Assembly (NCBI GenBank): GCA_002321895.1
Contig: DCMZ01000015.1
Span: 80,136 to 144,135, forward strand
Source: Bdellovibrionaceae bacterium UBA1609
GTDB taxonomy: Bacteria; Bdellovibrionota; Bdellovibrionia; Bdellovibrionales; UBA1609
Direction: 5' to 3'
Length of the DNA: 64,000 nt
In this document: piece after piece, positions 39,506 to 50,347 of the stretch
Layout of the letters: each line of letters begins with the position of its first letter
How positions within the stretch are numbered: the first letter of the stretch is position 1
Made by a program: the position numbers and the translations under genes
Notes under the pieces: generated by a model
Databases searched by the model: none
What the model was told of the DNA's origin: nothing
What the model saw: the letters and a program-made list of their open reading frames with translations, nothing else

Positions 39506-40759
39506 CTACAGTACCTTTTTGCCAATATCCGTTCGAATCTGACTTCCTACCCAGCGAACTTGCTCTACAATCCCATAGCACCGATCGCGAGCCTCGCCCA
39601 AACTCTCGCCAAGGGCTACTACATTCAAAACTCGACCACCATCAACGACAAGTTGATTTTCTTCCCCACCCACTCCAGCGTGAAAAATAAAGCCTTTCTC
39701 AGTGTCTTTCGGTAGCGGCGGCAAAGCGGCACCTTTAATAGCTTTAACGGGATATCCTTCAGCAGCTACGACAACACAGGTGGCAAAGTCGGAAGACGGC
39801 TGAATAGGAACCAAGTTCCCCTGCGACAACTCCAAAAACACCTCTCCCCAATCATTTTTTGTAAGAGGTAGAATGATTTGCGTTTCGGGATCACCAAAAC
39901 GCACATTGTATTCAATGACCTTTGGCCCCTCTTCTGTGATCATTAAACCAATATAAAGAATTCCATTGTAAAGCATATCCTCACTGCGGATTCCCTTTAA
40001 GGTAGGTTCTACCACTTCGGACTCAATTTGCTCAATCAGCTCAGGCTTCAGGTGCAATGGACCGACAACACCCATTCCTCCGGTGTTAGGTCCTTCATCA
40101 TTATCCAATAATCTTTTATGGTCTTGGGATAGTGGCAGGGCCTCGAACTGTTTTCCATTACATAGGCCAATATAACTTAACTCCCAACCAGGTTGGAACT
40201 GCTCAAGAATGGCCACTCGACCCGCATCACCAAAAATATTATGATTAAAAAGTTCATCCGCGGACGCAAAAAGTTCCTCTTCTGTTTTACAGATATAAAC
40301 ACCTTTACCCGCAGCCAAGCCATCCGCTTTTAATACATAGGGAGCTGTAAATTCCTTTACTGAGGATTTAACATCCTCAACAGAACTCACTTCCACAAAT
40401 GGCGCGGTGGGAACTCCATACTTTTCCATAAACTTCTTAGAAAATACTTTTGAGCCTTCTAATTGTGCCCCCACCTTTCCTGGCCCCACAGTAGATACAC
40501 CATAAGATCTTAGAGTGTCGGCAACGCCTGCGACCAATGGCACCTCTGGTCCCACCACTACGAGCTCCACATGCTCACTCTTGCAGAATTGAGCCAACAC
40601 CTCTCCGTCTGTAGAAGGAAGGTCGATACAGGAAATTTTGTCCGAAGCAAATGACGGACGACCTGGGGTTACTATGACTGCGCTTACACGGACGCTTTTT
40701 TCTAGAGTCTTTACGATGGCGTGTTCGCGACCGCCAGAACCAATGACTAGGACTTTCAT
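39506..40759 (-). CDS. purD: Phosphoribosylamine-glycine ligase
   Basis: VLVIGSGGREHA, KADGLAAGKGV, QDHKR, GPNTGGMG, EYNVRFGDPE. Confidence 0.98.
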   Translation of the reverse strand: MKVLVIGSGGREHAIVKTLEKSVRVSAVIVTPGRPSFASDKISCIDLPSTDGEVLAQFCKSEHVELVVVGPEVPLVAGVADTLRSYGVSTVGPGKVGAQLEGSKVFSKKFMEKYGVPTAPFVEVSSVEDVKSSVKEFTAPYVLKADGLAAGKGVYICKTEEELFASADELFNHNIFGDAGRVAILEQFQPGWELSYIGLCNGKQFEALPLSQDHKRLLDNDEGPNTGGMGVVGPLHLKPELIEQIESEVVEPTLKGIRSEDMLYNGILYIGLMITEEGPKVIEYNVRFGDPETQIILPLTKNDWGEVFLELSQGNLVPIQPSSDFATCVVVAAEGYPVKAIKGAALPPLPKDTEKGFIFHAGVGGEENQLVVDGGRVLNVVALGESLGEARDRCYGIVEQVRWVGSQIRTDIGKKVL

Positions 40760-40921
40760 AATGTCTCCTTGAGTAGAAACAGTGTTACCAAGATCCTTTC
40801 ATAGGCGCTAGCTCTAAACTCATTAGAGTCAGCTCCCATACGGATAACGCAACGGTATATCAGATGTATTCCGCTTATGCTCATTTTATTCTGATAACCA
40901 TCTCAACCGAAATGGAAAGTC

Positions 40922-41713
40922 ATGCGCGAAAACAAGATTAAACTACGAGACAAGACTGTAATGCTGGTAGGCCCATTTACACAGGTGATCCAAAGTCTTA
41001 CAACAGGACTCACCGAAATGGGTGCCGATGTGGCCATTGTCACCTCCGCCGGAAGTCATAATCATGCCTCTAAGTTCGCAGAGAATGTATCTAATGCTCG
41101 AGAAATTAGTTCCGATTTCGGAAGAGCCGCAGCCCTTGCATTTGAACTAGATAAAGAAGAAGGTGTAAAAGACTGCATTTCTCAAGTGGCAGAAATCTTT
41201 GGAGGCATTGATGTAGTGATCGATGGCCAACTGGTCGACTGCACTCGCATGATGGACGAGGAAGGAGAGCCCCTCGCCGCCGATGCGGATCGAGATCTTC
41301 TTACCCCTTCCGTTACTCTAATAAAGGGAGCTTTACCATTTTTGACCGGGAGAAATCGCGGCCGTGTCATCTCCCTTATTCAAGGAGATCCTATTGCCAC
41401 CGAATCCACAGATACATTACAAACCAGGGCCATTGCGGAACACTCAAAATTAATGTCCTCCGTAGGTCGTGAGGTGGCTCAATCCGGTGTCACCATCAAT
41501 GGTATTCAGTTAGGGGTGACCGAAGAGTATTTGCTTGTGAGATACCCCGAAAAATCCACCATTAAAGAAGCTTTAGTGGAGCTCAATTCTCAACATCCAA
41601 AAATAGATATCATTGAAGCTCAAGAAATCTCTAACGTGGTCATGTTTTTAGCCAGCCCAATGAGCGCGGGCTTGAATGGGCAGTCACTTGTGATTAACAA
41701 AGGTGTAAATTAA
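40922..41713 (+). CDS. Atypical SDR-fold protein
   Basis: LRDKTVML..., FGGIDVVI, GVTINGI and EISNVVMFLAS..SAGLNGQSL match the SDR scaffold, but GxxxGxG and YxxxK are absent. Confidence 0.7.
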   Translation: MRENKIKLRDKTVMLVGPFTQVIQSLTTGLTEMGADVAIVTSAGSHNHASKFAENVSNAREISSDFGRAAALAFELDKEEGVKDCISQVAEIFGGIDVVIDGQLVDCTRMMDEEGEPLAADADRDLLTPSVTLIKGALPFLTGRNRGRVISLIQGDPIATESTDTLQTRAIAEHSKLMSSVGREVAQSGVTINGIQLGVTEEYLLVRYPEKSTIKEALVELNSQHPKIDIIEAQEISNVVMFLASPMSAGLNGQSLVINKGVN

Positions 41714-41715
41714 AC

Positions 41716-42885
41716 GTGTCCCAGTTTAACGACATCGACTTTTACTCCACTTCTGAAAAATACTCGAAGGAACAACTGGAAATTCGAGATTCCATCCGAG
41801 ACTTTGTTCAATCCGATGTCATACCCATCATCGAACAATGTCATATTGATGGGCGATTTCCCAAAGAACTAATTAGCAAGATGGCTGATTTGGGATTGTT
41901 TGGTCCCACCATAAAAGGGTATGGATGTCCCGGATATGATTACCTGACTTATGGAATCATGATGCAAGAGCTGGAGCGAGGCGACAGCGGCATTCGCTCC
42001 TTTGCCAGTGTTCATGGTTCGCTAGCTATGTATCCCATTTCTGAATACGGCTCAGAAGAACTTAAAAACCATTACCTGCCAAAGATGAATCGTGGAGAGC
42101 TTATTGGCTGTTTCGGGCTCACTGAACCAAATTTTGGCTCCAACCCTTCAGGAATGGTGACCCGGGCACAAAAGCAAGGAGACCACTTTATTCTCAATGG
42201 ACATAAAAGATGGGCCACCAATGGTTGCATTGCTGACGTTGCCATAATCTGGGCCAAAGGTGATGACGACAAAGTTCACGGTTTCGTAGTCGACACTCAA
42301 AGTGAAGGTTTCACCACTCGACCCATAGAAAAAAAGTTCAGCCTACGCGCCAGCGTCTCCTCTGAAATTTTATTAGAAAATGTTAAAGTTCCGGCATCTC
42401 ATAAACTGGATGTGGTGGGACTGAAAGGACCCTTTAGCTGTCTCAACCTTGCTCGTTTTGGAATTGCATTTGGCGCTTTAGGTGCGGCCATGGCTTGTTA
42501 TGATGAAGCGTTATCGTATGCAAAGAATCGCATCCAGTTCAGCAAGCCCATAGCTGGCTACCAACTGGTTCAAAGTAAACTCGTAAAAATGTTTAGTGAA
42601 ATCACTAAAGGCCAACTATTGGCTCAACGACTGGCGGAGTTGGCTGACTCTCACCAATGGCAACCACAACATATTTCGTTGGCTAAAATGAATAACGTGC
42701 GCATTGCCTTAGATACGGCACGAGAAACCAGAGATATCTTAGGGGCCAATGGAGTCACTCATGATTTCCAATGCGGGCGTCATATGATGAACCTAGAGAG
42801 TGTTGTCACTTATGAAGGCACCGAGGATATTCACCGCCTCATTCTTGGGCAGCATATCACCGGTTTACCCGCTTTTGACCGTTAA
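41716..42885 (+). CDS. gcdH: Acyl-CoA dehydrogenase, glutaryl-CoA dehydrogenase-like
   Basis: ELERGDSGIRS, GCFGLTEPNFGS, CLNLARFGIAFG, LGANG, YEGTEDIH. Confidence 0.8.
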   Translation: MSQFNDIDFYSTSEKYSKEQLEIRDSIRDFVQSDVIPIIEQCHIDGRFPKELISKMADLGLFGPTIKGYGCPGYDYLTYGIMMQELERGDSGIRSFASVHGSLAMYPISEYGSEELKNHYLPKMNRGELIGCFGLTEPNFGSNPSGMVTRAQKQGDHFILNGHKRWATNGCIADVAIIWAKGDDDKVHGFVVDTQSEGFTTRPIEKKFSLRASVSSEILLENVKVPASHKLDVVGLKGPFSCLNLARFGIAFGALGAAMACYDEALSYAKNRIQFSKPIAGYQLVQSKLVKMFSEITKGQLLAQRLAELADSHQWQPQHISLAKMNNVRIALDTARETRDILGANGVTHDFQCGRHMMNLESVVTYEGTEDIHRLILGQHITGLPAFDR

Positions 42886-43469
42886 TGGTGGACAATCCCA
42901 TCTTCCCCCATTACAAACTTGCCATGACTTTTTGGGGATATAGACACTTTGCATTATGCATGAGCTTCTTTGGGCTTATGTGGTCCACCATAAGTGAGGC
43001 AGAACCCTCCTCCCGCTATCGGCAGGCGGAAGACCCCATATTTAGCCAGTCCGCGCGCTACGATTGTGAAGTGACCAATCACTTTGGACTTCCTACGGGC
43101 GAAGAATTTATTTTTTATCATGATCGTTATTATGTTCAGGCCAATTGGATCAAAGATGGCGAACCCTTTCATTTTTATTTAGGTACCGTACTTACACCTT
43201 CAGCGGATCGCTATGTTAAACAAGCTGAAGATTTTATTGGTAAAAAGGCTTTTGGCTTTCGATTCACCTCAACCAACAATGGTGGCTTTACAGCTGTAGC
43301 TCGTGCCATTTTATTTTCCGAGGACCCAGCTGATGATATGAAAGGCGAGTTCCTTGCAACCACGGTAAATATTCTATCTCGACAAAACCCACTTCCCGTT
43401 GAAGAAGTGGTTTACTCGAAAGACATCAGTTGCAAAAAAACGGTCGCGGAAACGCCCGCGAATCTTTAA
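42885..43469 (+). CDS. Hypothetical exported protein (start may be the ATG at 42924)
   Basis: Signal-like N-terminus ending SEA; TGGACA-N17-TACAAA lies 6 nt before the ATG at 42924. Confidence 0.55.
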   Translation: MVDNPIFPHYKLAMTFWGYRHFALCMSFFGLMWSTISEAEPSSRYRQAEDPIFSQSARYDCEVTNHFGLPTGEEFIFYHDRYYVQANWIKDGEPFHFYLGTVLTPSADRYVKQAEDFIGKKAFGFRFTSTNNGGFTAVARAILFSEDPADDMKGEFLATTVNILSRQNPLPVEEVVYSKDISCKKTVAETPANL

Positions 43470-43473
43470 TCCT

Positions 43474-44766
43474 TTAATAGGACTTTGAGCGAATAATATT
43501 TTTAGCGGCTTCCTTTTTCTCTGGAGCCACATACAATCTCTCAATTCTTCGAATCTCTTCATACTTTTCAAAAATTTCAGTGCTGTTTTCTATGGGATAG
43601 GGTTCAGACTGCCAATCCAATCGATCCACCACAAAAATTTTGTACGCCTTATCTTCCACAGATCCAGAGAAATACTTACTCAATCGAGCCTTCGAGTTGG
43701 CGTGAATCACTTCGAAGCCCTGCTCTTCTAAATCCTGTCGCATTCGTGCACAGCGATCATTTTCTTTTATGGAATGAAGCTCGTAAACCATTTTAAATGG
43801 CTCTCTCCGCGCTATCCTTTGGGCCCAGGGATTATCGACGGTATCGAGGTGCTCATATAAGGCATAGTCGGTGCACTTCATGTACCCCTCGATATCTGCT
43901 GGCAACCTGAACGAGCAATCCTCTGAAGTGAGATATCGCAACAGCATTTCTTCATAGATGATACTCTTATGATGGAAGTAAACCATTAAATGCATATGGT
44001 GACGAGAGAGAAGAAAATCATCAAATGTGTAAAGAGCTCGGCGATTCAGAGCCAAATAGACTTCGTTTTCCACCTGATGATAAGTCATATGCGAAAGCAA
44101 CCATTCCAACTCCACCTGACCGTAATTAGTTCCGCAAAAATAAGAATCCCGACGAAGATAATCCATTCGGTCTACATCCATCTCTGAACTCACAATTTGA
44201 GATAAGATAGGACGAAAATTCAGACCACTATCAGTAAAAAAATCATCTTGAACCTGAAGAGATTTATCCACAAGACAAGCAATATGTGTGGCCGAAATGT
44301 CGCAGGGATTGTCTTCAATAATTGGTGTGAGGGCGGAATCAGTTAAAAACTTAATCGTATAGTCTTCGTGATTGGCAATTCGTGGCTCGGGCGGAGACTT
44401 TTTCAATCCATAAATTTTAATGTCTAAATCTTGTAACTGAGGCATTACTTCCTCAGTGGTATGACTGAGCGGACCATGTCCAATGTCATGTAATAGGGCC
44501 CCCATACGCACCGCTTGTCGCAATCGCTCCCTCACTTTTTGTGAAGAAAATTGAAAGCTTTTAAAAATAGAATCAAAGGCTAACCCGGCTAAATGGCAAA
44601 CTCCAATAGAGTGGATGTACCGATTGTGCACGGCTCCCGGAAAAGAAAATTCAGAAAACCCTAACTGTTTAATGGATCGCAACCGTTGAAACACCACTGA
44701 ATCTATGATGTTTATTTCAGCATCCGATAAATTAATTGAACCGTGAATGGGATCGCGAATTTCCAT
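43474..44766 (-). CDS. HD-domain phosphohydrolase (SAMHD1/YwfO-like dNTPase family)
   Basis: IRDPIHG, FQRLRSIKQLG, HNRYIHSIG, LLHDIGHGPLSH, DVDRMDYLRRDS; GGAGG RBS before the ATG at 44766. Confidence 0.9.
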   Translation of the reverse strand: MEIRDPIHGSINLSDAEINIIDSVVFQRLRSIKQLGFSEFSFPGAVHNRYIHSIGVCHLAGLAFDSIFKSFQFSSQKVRERLRQAVRMGALLHDIGHGPLSHTTEEVMPQLQDLDIKIYGLKKSPPEPRIANHEDYTIKFLTDSALTPIIEDNPCDISATHIACLVDKSLQVQDDFFTDSGLNFRPILSQIVSSEMDVDRMDYLRRDSYFCGTNYGQVELEWLLSHMTYHQVENEVYLALNRRALYTFDDFLLSRHHMHLMVYFHHKSIIYEEMLLRYLTSEDCSFRLPADIEGYMKCTDYALYEHLDTVDNPWAQRIARREPFKMVYELHSIKENDRCARMRQDLEEQGFEVIHANSKARLSKYFSGSVEDKAYKIFVVDRLDWQSEPYPIENSTEIFEKYEEIRRIERLYVAPEKKEAAKNIIRSKSY

Positions 44767-45062
44767 AGACCATGCCTCCTGCACTAGCTGGTTCTAATAC
44801 ATCCTAAATAAGGGTCAATCTCTTGTTACAACACTCATGAAAAAGCCTGAAATCTTTAATAGTTAAACTACATTTGCTTAATGAGTTGGCAAACTGAACT
44901 CTGCCTTCTCATTCATCAAATTTTGTAAAATAGCGTTATATAGTGTTTCGTGTAGACTCTCACCCCGACATACGCCAACATCTAAGTCATTGTAAGTCAT
45001 GCCGACTTTTAAAAATAGGTCGATGGCCTTAGATCTTTAACACCATCAAGGAAGGACCCTAG

Positions 45063-45857
45063 ATGCGACAATATCTCGAACTCATGTCCCACGTTATGGA
45101 AAATGGAACCGACCGACCAGATAGAACTGGAACTGGCACCCGCAGTGTTTTTGGACACCAATTGCGATTTGACCTACAGGAAGGCTTTCCTATGGTCACA
45201 ACTAAAAAAGTCCATTTGAAATCCATCATTCACGAATTGCTTTGGTTTTTAAGTGGCGACACCAACGTAAAGTACCTCCAAGACAATGGCGTACGGATCT
45301 GGAATGAATGGGCCGACGAAAACGGGGAACTGGGTCGCGTCTACGGCGCGCAGTGGAGGAGCTGGCAGGCGGCCGACGGTCAATGCATAGACCAAATTAA
45401 AAACGTGGTTGAGCTCATAAAAAATAATCCCAACAGTCGTCGAATGTTGGTGGTGGCTTTTAACCCGGGTGAAATCGAAGGGATGGCTCTTCCGCCTTGT
45501 CATGCTTTTTTTCAGTTTTATGTAGCTGATGGGAAACTCTCCTGTCAGCTTTATCAAAGAAGTGCCGATGTATTTTTAGGAGTACCATTTAACATTTCCA
45601 GCTATGCACTTCTTACTATGATGGTCGCCCAAGTGTGTAACTTAGCTCCGGGTGAGTTTATTCATACCTTTGGTGATGCACACATTTATCATAATCATTT
45701 TGAACAATGCCGTACGCAGCTGGAAAGAAAACCTCATCCGTTACCAAAGATGTTTATCAATCCAGAAGTAAAAGACCTTTTCGGGTTTAAGTTTGAAGAT
45801 TTTATTTTAAGCGATTACGAAGCTCACCCTCATATTAAAGGTATGGTTTCCGTATGA
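45063..45857 (+). CDS. thyA: Thymidylate synthase
   Basis: [27 protein letters not shown]. Confidence 0.98.
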   Translation: MRQYLELMSHVMENGTDRPDRTGTGTRSVFGHQLRFDLQEGFPMVTTKKVHLKSIIHELLWFLSGDTNVKYLQDNGVRIWNEWADENGELGRVYGAQWRSWQAADGQCIDQIKNVVELIKNNPNSRRMLVVAFNPGEIEGMALPPCHAFFQFYVADGKLSCQLYQRSADVFLGVPFNISSYALLTMMVAQVCNLAPGEFIHTFGDAHIYHNHFEQCRTQLERKPHPLPKMFINPEVKDLFGFKFEDFILSDYEAHPHIKGMVSV

Positions 45858-46348
45858 TCCTTTCTCATATTGTCGCTGCTAGTGAAAACAATGTCATTGG
45901 TACCGGTGGAGATCTGCCGTGGGATATCCCTGAAGATATGCAGTTTTTTAGAGATAAAACTAAAGGCCACGCTATGATAATGGGTCGAAAGACCTTTGAG
46001 TCTTTTCCCAATCAAAAGCCATTGCCCGGCCGACTCAATGTTGTGATCACTCGACAGACGGACTACCAGCGAGACGGCATTGAAGTGGTCGACTCTTTAG
46101 AGAAAGCCATAGAACTTTGTAAATCAAGAACCGATCAGTGGGGCGATGAAGTTTTTATTATTGGTGGTGGCGAGATCTATAAGCAGTCTCTGCCCTATGT
46201 TGACCGAGTGTATCTCACGCGTATTTTTGAAGAGTTTAACGGTGATACCACCTACCCTCCTCTGGACGATGCAGAGTTTGAAATGGTTGCTGATTCAGAG
46301 AGAACTGATCCTGTTCGATTTTCCTTTCAAGTCTATGAAAAGAGGTAG
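45854..46348 (+). CDS. folA: Dihydrofolate reductase
   Basis: [33 protein letters not shown]. Confidence 0.97.
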   Translation: MILSHIVAASENNVIGTGGDLPWDIPEDMQFFRDKTKGHAMIMGRKTFESFPNQKPLPGRLNVVITRQTDYQRDGIEVVDSLEKAIELCKSRTDQWGDEVFIIGGGEIYKQSLPYVDRVYLTRIFEEFNGDTTYPPLDDAEFEMVADSERTDPVRFSFQVYEKR

Positions 46349-46351
46349 ACC

Positions 46352-46774
46352 GTGATTTCCAATCCCATTTTTCTTCCTCTGTTTGCCATGATCCTATGGA
46401 CGTTCGCAGCAGCGGTCTACGTGCTTAGAATAAGAACCCTATCTGTAAAATCCGGTAAAGTTTCTTTTAAATATTTTAAAACTTATGATTCCGAAGTTCC
46501 TCCAAGAGAGATCGCACAAACCAATCGACACATTACTAATCTTTTTGAAGTCCCTGTCTTGTTTTACGCGGTTTGCGCTGTGGTATTAGCATCGAACTAC
46601 GAGTCTATTCTAATTTTGGTTTTGGCTTGGGGCTTTGTGGCTTCTCGAGTGGCCCATAGTATTATCCATTTAGGGCAAAATAAGATCCTTCCCCGGATGA
46701 TTACATTTTTTGTAGGAGTCCTAATCGTCCTCGGTATGTGGATCGAACTTCTTATTGCCCATCTAAACGCCTAA
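46352..46774 (+). CDS. MAPEG-family membrane protein
   Basis: NLFEVPVLFY, FVASRVAHS; several TM segments. Confidence 0.85.
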   Translation: MISNPIFLPLFAMILWTFAAAVYVLRIRTLSVKSGKVSFKYFKTYDSEVPPREIAQTNRHITNLFEVPVLFYAVCAVVLASNYESILILVLAWGFVASRVAHSIIHLGQNKILPRMITFFVGVLIVLGMWIELLIAHLNA

Positions 46775-46853
46775 GTCCTTTACCTCGCTATTAGCCATTG
46801 ACTATCCTATTGGCACTCTTTAGGGTCTGAAAAGGGCTATTACTGGGGGACAA

Positions 46854-47687
46854 ATGCAAAGTATTCAATATCGTTTTATCATTTATTTTTTAAGCGTCAT
46901 TTCATGTCTTACTTTCTTTAGCTTTACCGCTAGCGCTTCTACGAGGGGCTCAACCTTTTACTCGGTTGTAAATTTAAATGGAACCTGCAGTCCTAGGACT
47001 ATTAATCTTTTGTTTAACCTGAATGAAAGTTACTCCTATGTAACGTATGAATACCAACCTGGAAGACGCATTGTTGCCGAAATCAAAGAGGATCGTACCT
47101 TTTTTACTTCCCAAGCCGGATTGCATTTGCAAGGCAGGCTAAATAACAGAACAGTCCAGATCTTATCATTTTTTAATGATTCTTTGCCCGACTGGTGCAA
47201 TCAATCAGGCTCAGGTCACCTAGTGACTCCATGGAGTCATCAAAGTTTTGAAACTAACATCGAGGTGGAATTTACAACACAATGGCGGGGTTATCATCCT
47301 ATACGCGCATGTACAAATCTCTATTCGGACAGCCAACTATTTATGAACTTTGACCTAAATTATGATAGTGAAAAAGACCAATTTAGTTTTAATGTTGTTG
47401 ATACTAACTACACGGCACTAACAGAAACCGATTTTAATGACGCTACAATAACTTACAATAACGATGAATACGACAATACTACCATATCGATTCTAAAAGA
47501 CCGAGTTCGATCGAATGGGCGAAGTACAACAGGATACAAAATAATACTAAAAGGAAAGATGAGCCGCAGTAGTAATTCTTTTGAGTTGGGATCGATTCGG
47601 ATGGAAATTTTGAGAACCCGGGTATCGCGTCACAATTACATCAGATGCAAGCAACATGAATATTCCCTGGGTTCTTTGCTGCTTTAG
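46854..47687 (+). CDS. Hypothetical secreted protein
   Basis: Signal peptide (TASA), GGGGGA RBS, no recognisable domain. Confidence 0.6.
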   Translation: MQSIQYRFIIYFLSVISCLTFFSFTASASTRGSTFYSVVNLNGTCSPRTINLLFNLNESYSYVTYEYQPGRRIVAEIKEDRTFFTSQAGLHLQGRLNNRTVQILSFFNDSLPDWCNQSGSGHLVTPWSHQSFETNIEVEFTTQWRGYHPIRACTNLYSDSQLFMNFDLNYDSEKDQFSFNVVDTNYTALTETDFNDATITYNNDEYDNTTISILKDRVRSNGRSTTGYKIILKGKMSRSSNSFELGSIRMEILRTRVSRHNYIRCKQHEYSLGSLLL

Positions 47688-47704
47688 TCTAAGGTACTGA
47701 ATTG

Positions 47705-48094
47705 CTAGGCGACGATTTTGTCGATGATGGTTTGCGGACTCAGTGGCTTTTGGAATACCTCTTCCGCTCCAAACACTTCTGCCACATCCAAATAACCTTT
47801 GGTTTCACTAGGATCCGCATCCCCCGTCATAGCGAAGATTTTAACATTGGGATTCATGTCCCTGATTTCAAGAATCACTTCGAGGCCATCTAACTCACCT
47901 GGCATAACAATATCGGTGAGCACATAATCGCAAGGTACACGTCTAAACTCATTTAATGCCTCTTGACCCGTCATTGCGGAAAACACTTGAATGCCTTCCA
48001 TCTCAAACATTTCCTTAAAAAGATCTATTATACCCGGATCGTCATCCACTATAAGTATCGATTTCAAACCACTATTTCCCTTATTCCCTTGCAT
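47705..48094 (-). CDS. Single-domain response regulator (CheY-like)
   Basis: ILIVDDD, TDIVMPG, MTG, QKP. Confidence 0.9.
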   Translation of the reverse strand: MQGNKGNSGLKSILIVDDDPGIIDLFKEMFEMEGIQVFSAMTGQEALNEFRRVPCDYVLTDIVMPGELDGLEVILEIRDMNPNVKIFAMTGDADPSETKGYLDVAEVFGAEEVFQKPLSPQTIIDKIVA

Positions 48095-48149
48095 ACACTG
48101 CTTCCCACTAAGTCTTTGTTGTTACTAATTCATTCTTGCTCAATTTATG

Positions 48150-49055
48150 CTATCTATCAGAACCATTTGATGGAGATGGACTATTGTTATTTCCTGGAGC
48201 TTCCTCTACTGGAGACTCACTACTTGAATAAGAGCGTACACAAGCTCTTGCAATTTGATGGATCCGTCGAGAGAGCTTGGCCTTTTTCAAAGCCTTCTCA
48301 TCGTCACTGTCGTTGTCATCAATCACAAGGGGATTATCACAGCCAAAAGTTGAAGTTTTACACTTTTGCACTTCTTCTTGTTGAAACAAAATGGCTCGAG
48401 GACGTAACACCGCCAAACTGGAATCAGCCACCTGACCCATCAAATCTACAATGGCTCGTCCTGTCTCCTTTTGTAGTCCATCTTCAAACCGACCAGCACC
48501 ATTACTTGACCTCATCGTTAATGCGCCTAAAGCTTGCTTTCGTTCGTGATCGTTGAGAATAAAATCTTCCCCGTGTTTTAGCACTTTTCTTACCTGAGCA
48601 TTTCCTCTCAAATTATTGCAGTACTTTGGACTGATCTGTACGCAACTCAACACAAACTTAGTTCCAAAAGTTTCAACAGAATCGTGCTCACAGGCCACGG
48701 AACTTTCATAAAATCCCTGTCTAACAATAGAGCTGGCGTAGAGCTGACCCTCTTTATCGAGTTTAGCCGTACTGACTCTCAAATAATCGCCATGACCTTT
48801 ACTTACTATTGTTGAGGCAATGACAAGTGACTTTGGATCTTCAGATTCTAGCTTTACGGTGTTTCCGTTTTGATCATTGTATTTACCGGTATGTTGCTGA
48901 CCTGACTCACTATCTTCAAGAGTCACTATATATTTACCCTGGCTATTTTTACCGGAAAAAACAGTATAGCCGTAAGGCTGCAAAAAATTGTTGAAATCAG
49001 CAAAAGCGGATGATCCAAAAAATATCACTATATATATAGATAGAATGTGCTTCAT
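48150..49055 (-). CDS. Hypothetical secreted Cys-containing protein with an upstream sigma28-like -10 element
   Basis: Signal peptide (SAFA), GAGGA RBS, CCCGATAG on the minus strand at 49106-49099. Confidence 0.65.
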   Translation of the reverse strand: MKHILSIYIVIFFGSSAFADFNNFLQPYGYTVFSGKNSQGKYIVTLEDSESGQQHTGKYNDQNGNTVKLESEDPKSLVIASTIVSKGHGDYLRVSTAKLDKEGQLYASSIVRQGFYESSVACEHDSVETFGTKFVLSCVQISPKYCNNLRGNAQVRKVLKHGEDFILNDHERKQALGALTMRSSNGAGRFEDGLQKETGRAIVDLMGQVADSSLAVLRPRAILFQQEEVQKCKTSTFGCDNPLVIDDNDSDDEKALKKAKLSRRIHQIARACVRSYSSSESPVEEAPGNNNSPSPSNGSDR

Positions 49056-49207
49056 TATTTATCCTCAGAACTGTTTCTCATACAATCTACTATGGTTCCT
49101 ATCGGGGACTTGAGAGAAAAACCGTAGAATTTTACATACCCTTAGTCCTGAAATCCCATATATTTACCAGCTCTTAGTATTGAATATCCTAATTTGAGGC
49201 GAAAAAC

Positions 49208-49235
49208 CTAAATGTTCAGAATGAGACACCGAGAA
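49208..49235 (+). promoter_or_regulatory. sigma28 promoter of flagellin 1
   Basis: CTAAA-N15-ACCGAGAA, 69 nt upstream of the fliC start. Confidence 0.65.
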
Positions 49236-49304
49236 GTTCTTTAAGGAAGCATACCCAGGATATCAAAGGACTGATATCTGAATTCTTCAAGGAGGAGGAA
49301 AGAG

Positions 49305-50150
49305 ATGGGTTTACGTATCAATACCAACACCGCTTCGTTAAATGCGCAAAGAAATTTGCACGGTACGAAGTTGGCAATGGACAGAAGCTTGGAGAAACTA
49401 TCTTCAGGCCTTCGGATTAACAGAGCTGGCGACGACGCTGCTGGTCTGGCAATTTCCGAAAACTTAAAAGCACAAATCCGCGGGCTCAAACAAGCCTCTC
49501 GGAACGCACAGGATGGTGTATCCTTGATTCAAGTGGCCGAAGGTGGCTTGAACGAGATTTCATCGATCTTGATTCGTTTGAGAGAGCTGTCAGTGCAAGC
49601 GGCTTCAGACACTATCGGACCTGTTGAAAGACAGTTCTTGAACGTGGAATACGATCAGCTCGTGTCTGAAATCGATCGAATCGCCGACTCTACAGAGTTT
49701 AACGGTACTCAACTGTTAAGCGGAACGGGTTCAATACTCGATTTCCAAGTAGGGACAAGAAACGATCCTAATATCGACAGACTGTCTTTTGACTCGTCAA
49801 AAGCAGACGCCAACTCAGCAGCACTAGGTGTGAACCTAACAAGTGTTGCCGATAAAGCTTCAGCACAAAACACGCTAGCAGCGATTGATTCGGCCATTGT
49901 ATCCGTTTCAGCCATGCGGGCAGACTTTGGTGCCATTCAGAACAGACTACAGTCAACGATTTCAAATGTAATGATCTCGATTGAAAATATGTCTGCTGCG
50001 AATTCACGTATCAGAGACGTTGATGTTGCTGAAGAGACGGCTGAATTGACGAAGAATAATATTTTACAACAGGCTGGTGTATCCGTGTTGTCACAAGCGA
50101 ATCAATCCGCTCAGTCAGCACTAGCACTACTGAATAATTCGATGGGGTAA
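49305..50150 (+). CDS. fliC: Flagellin (short type)
   Basis: RINTN..SL, LSSGLRINRAGDDAAGLAISE, GAIQNRL, SRIRDVDVAEE. Confidence 0.98.
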   Translation: MGLRINTNTASLNAQRNLHGTKLAMDRSLEKLSSGLRINRAGDDAAGLAISENLKAQIRGLKQASRNAQDGVSLIQVAEGGLNEISSILIRLRELSVQAASDTIGPVERQFLNVEYDQLVSEIDRIADSTEFNGTQLLSGTGSILDFQVGTRNDPNIDRLSFDSSKADANSAALGVNLTSVADKASAQNTLAAIDSAIVSVSAMRADFGAIQNRLQSTISNVMISIENMSAANSRIRDVDVAEETAELTKNNILQQAGVSVLSQANQSAQSALALLNNSMG

Positions 50151-50181
50151 AAGAGATATCTTAATACCATAGATATCTCTT
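50151..50181 (+). terminator. Hairpin directly after flagellin 1
   Basis: AAGAGATATCT-N9-AGATATCTCTT perfect 11-bp stem; no clear U tract. Confidence 0.5.
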
Positions 50182-50347
50182 GACCCGCTACAACTTCAGT
50201 AGAAGTTTTAGCCCGACACTATCGCGGCTTTAACTCACCAACCTTCAGCTGATGTTTATTATATGAACCTCAGCACGTGTAGTAACTAGAACCACGATGT
50301 AATTTCGGTGGAGCTGAACAACTACATTTACCGTTTCCTGCGAATGA

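Noticed and set aside
47963-48556. 197-aa plus-strand ORF and many other 60-180 aa ORFs opposite long genes
   Set aside because: Antisense shadows of well-supported genes, with no recognisable motifs.
36732-49055. Identical SAFA-DFN at the signal cleavage sites of the prolyl oligopeptidase and the 48150..49055 protein
   Set aside because: SAFA is a common signal-peptidase site and only three further residues match; probably coincidence.
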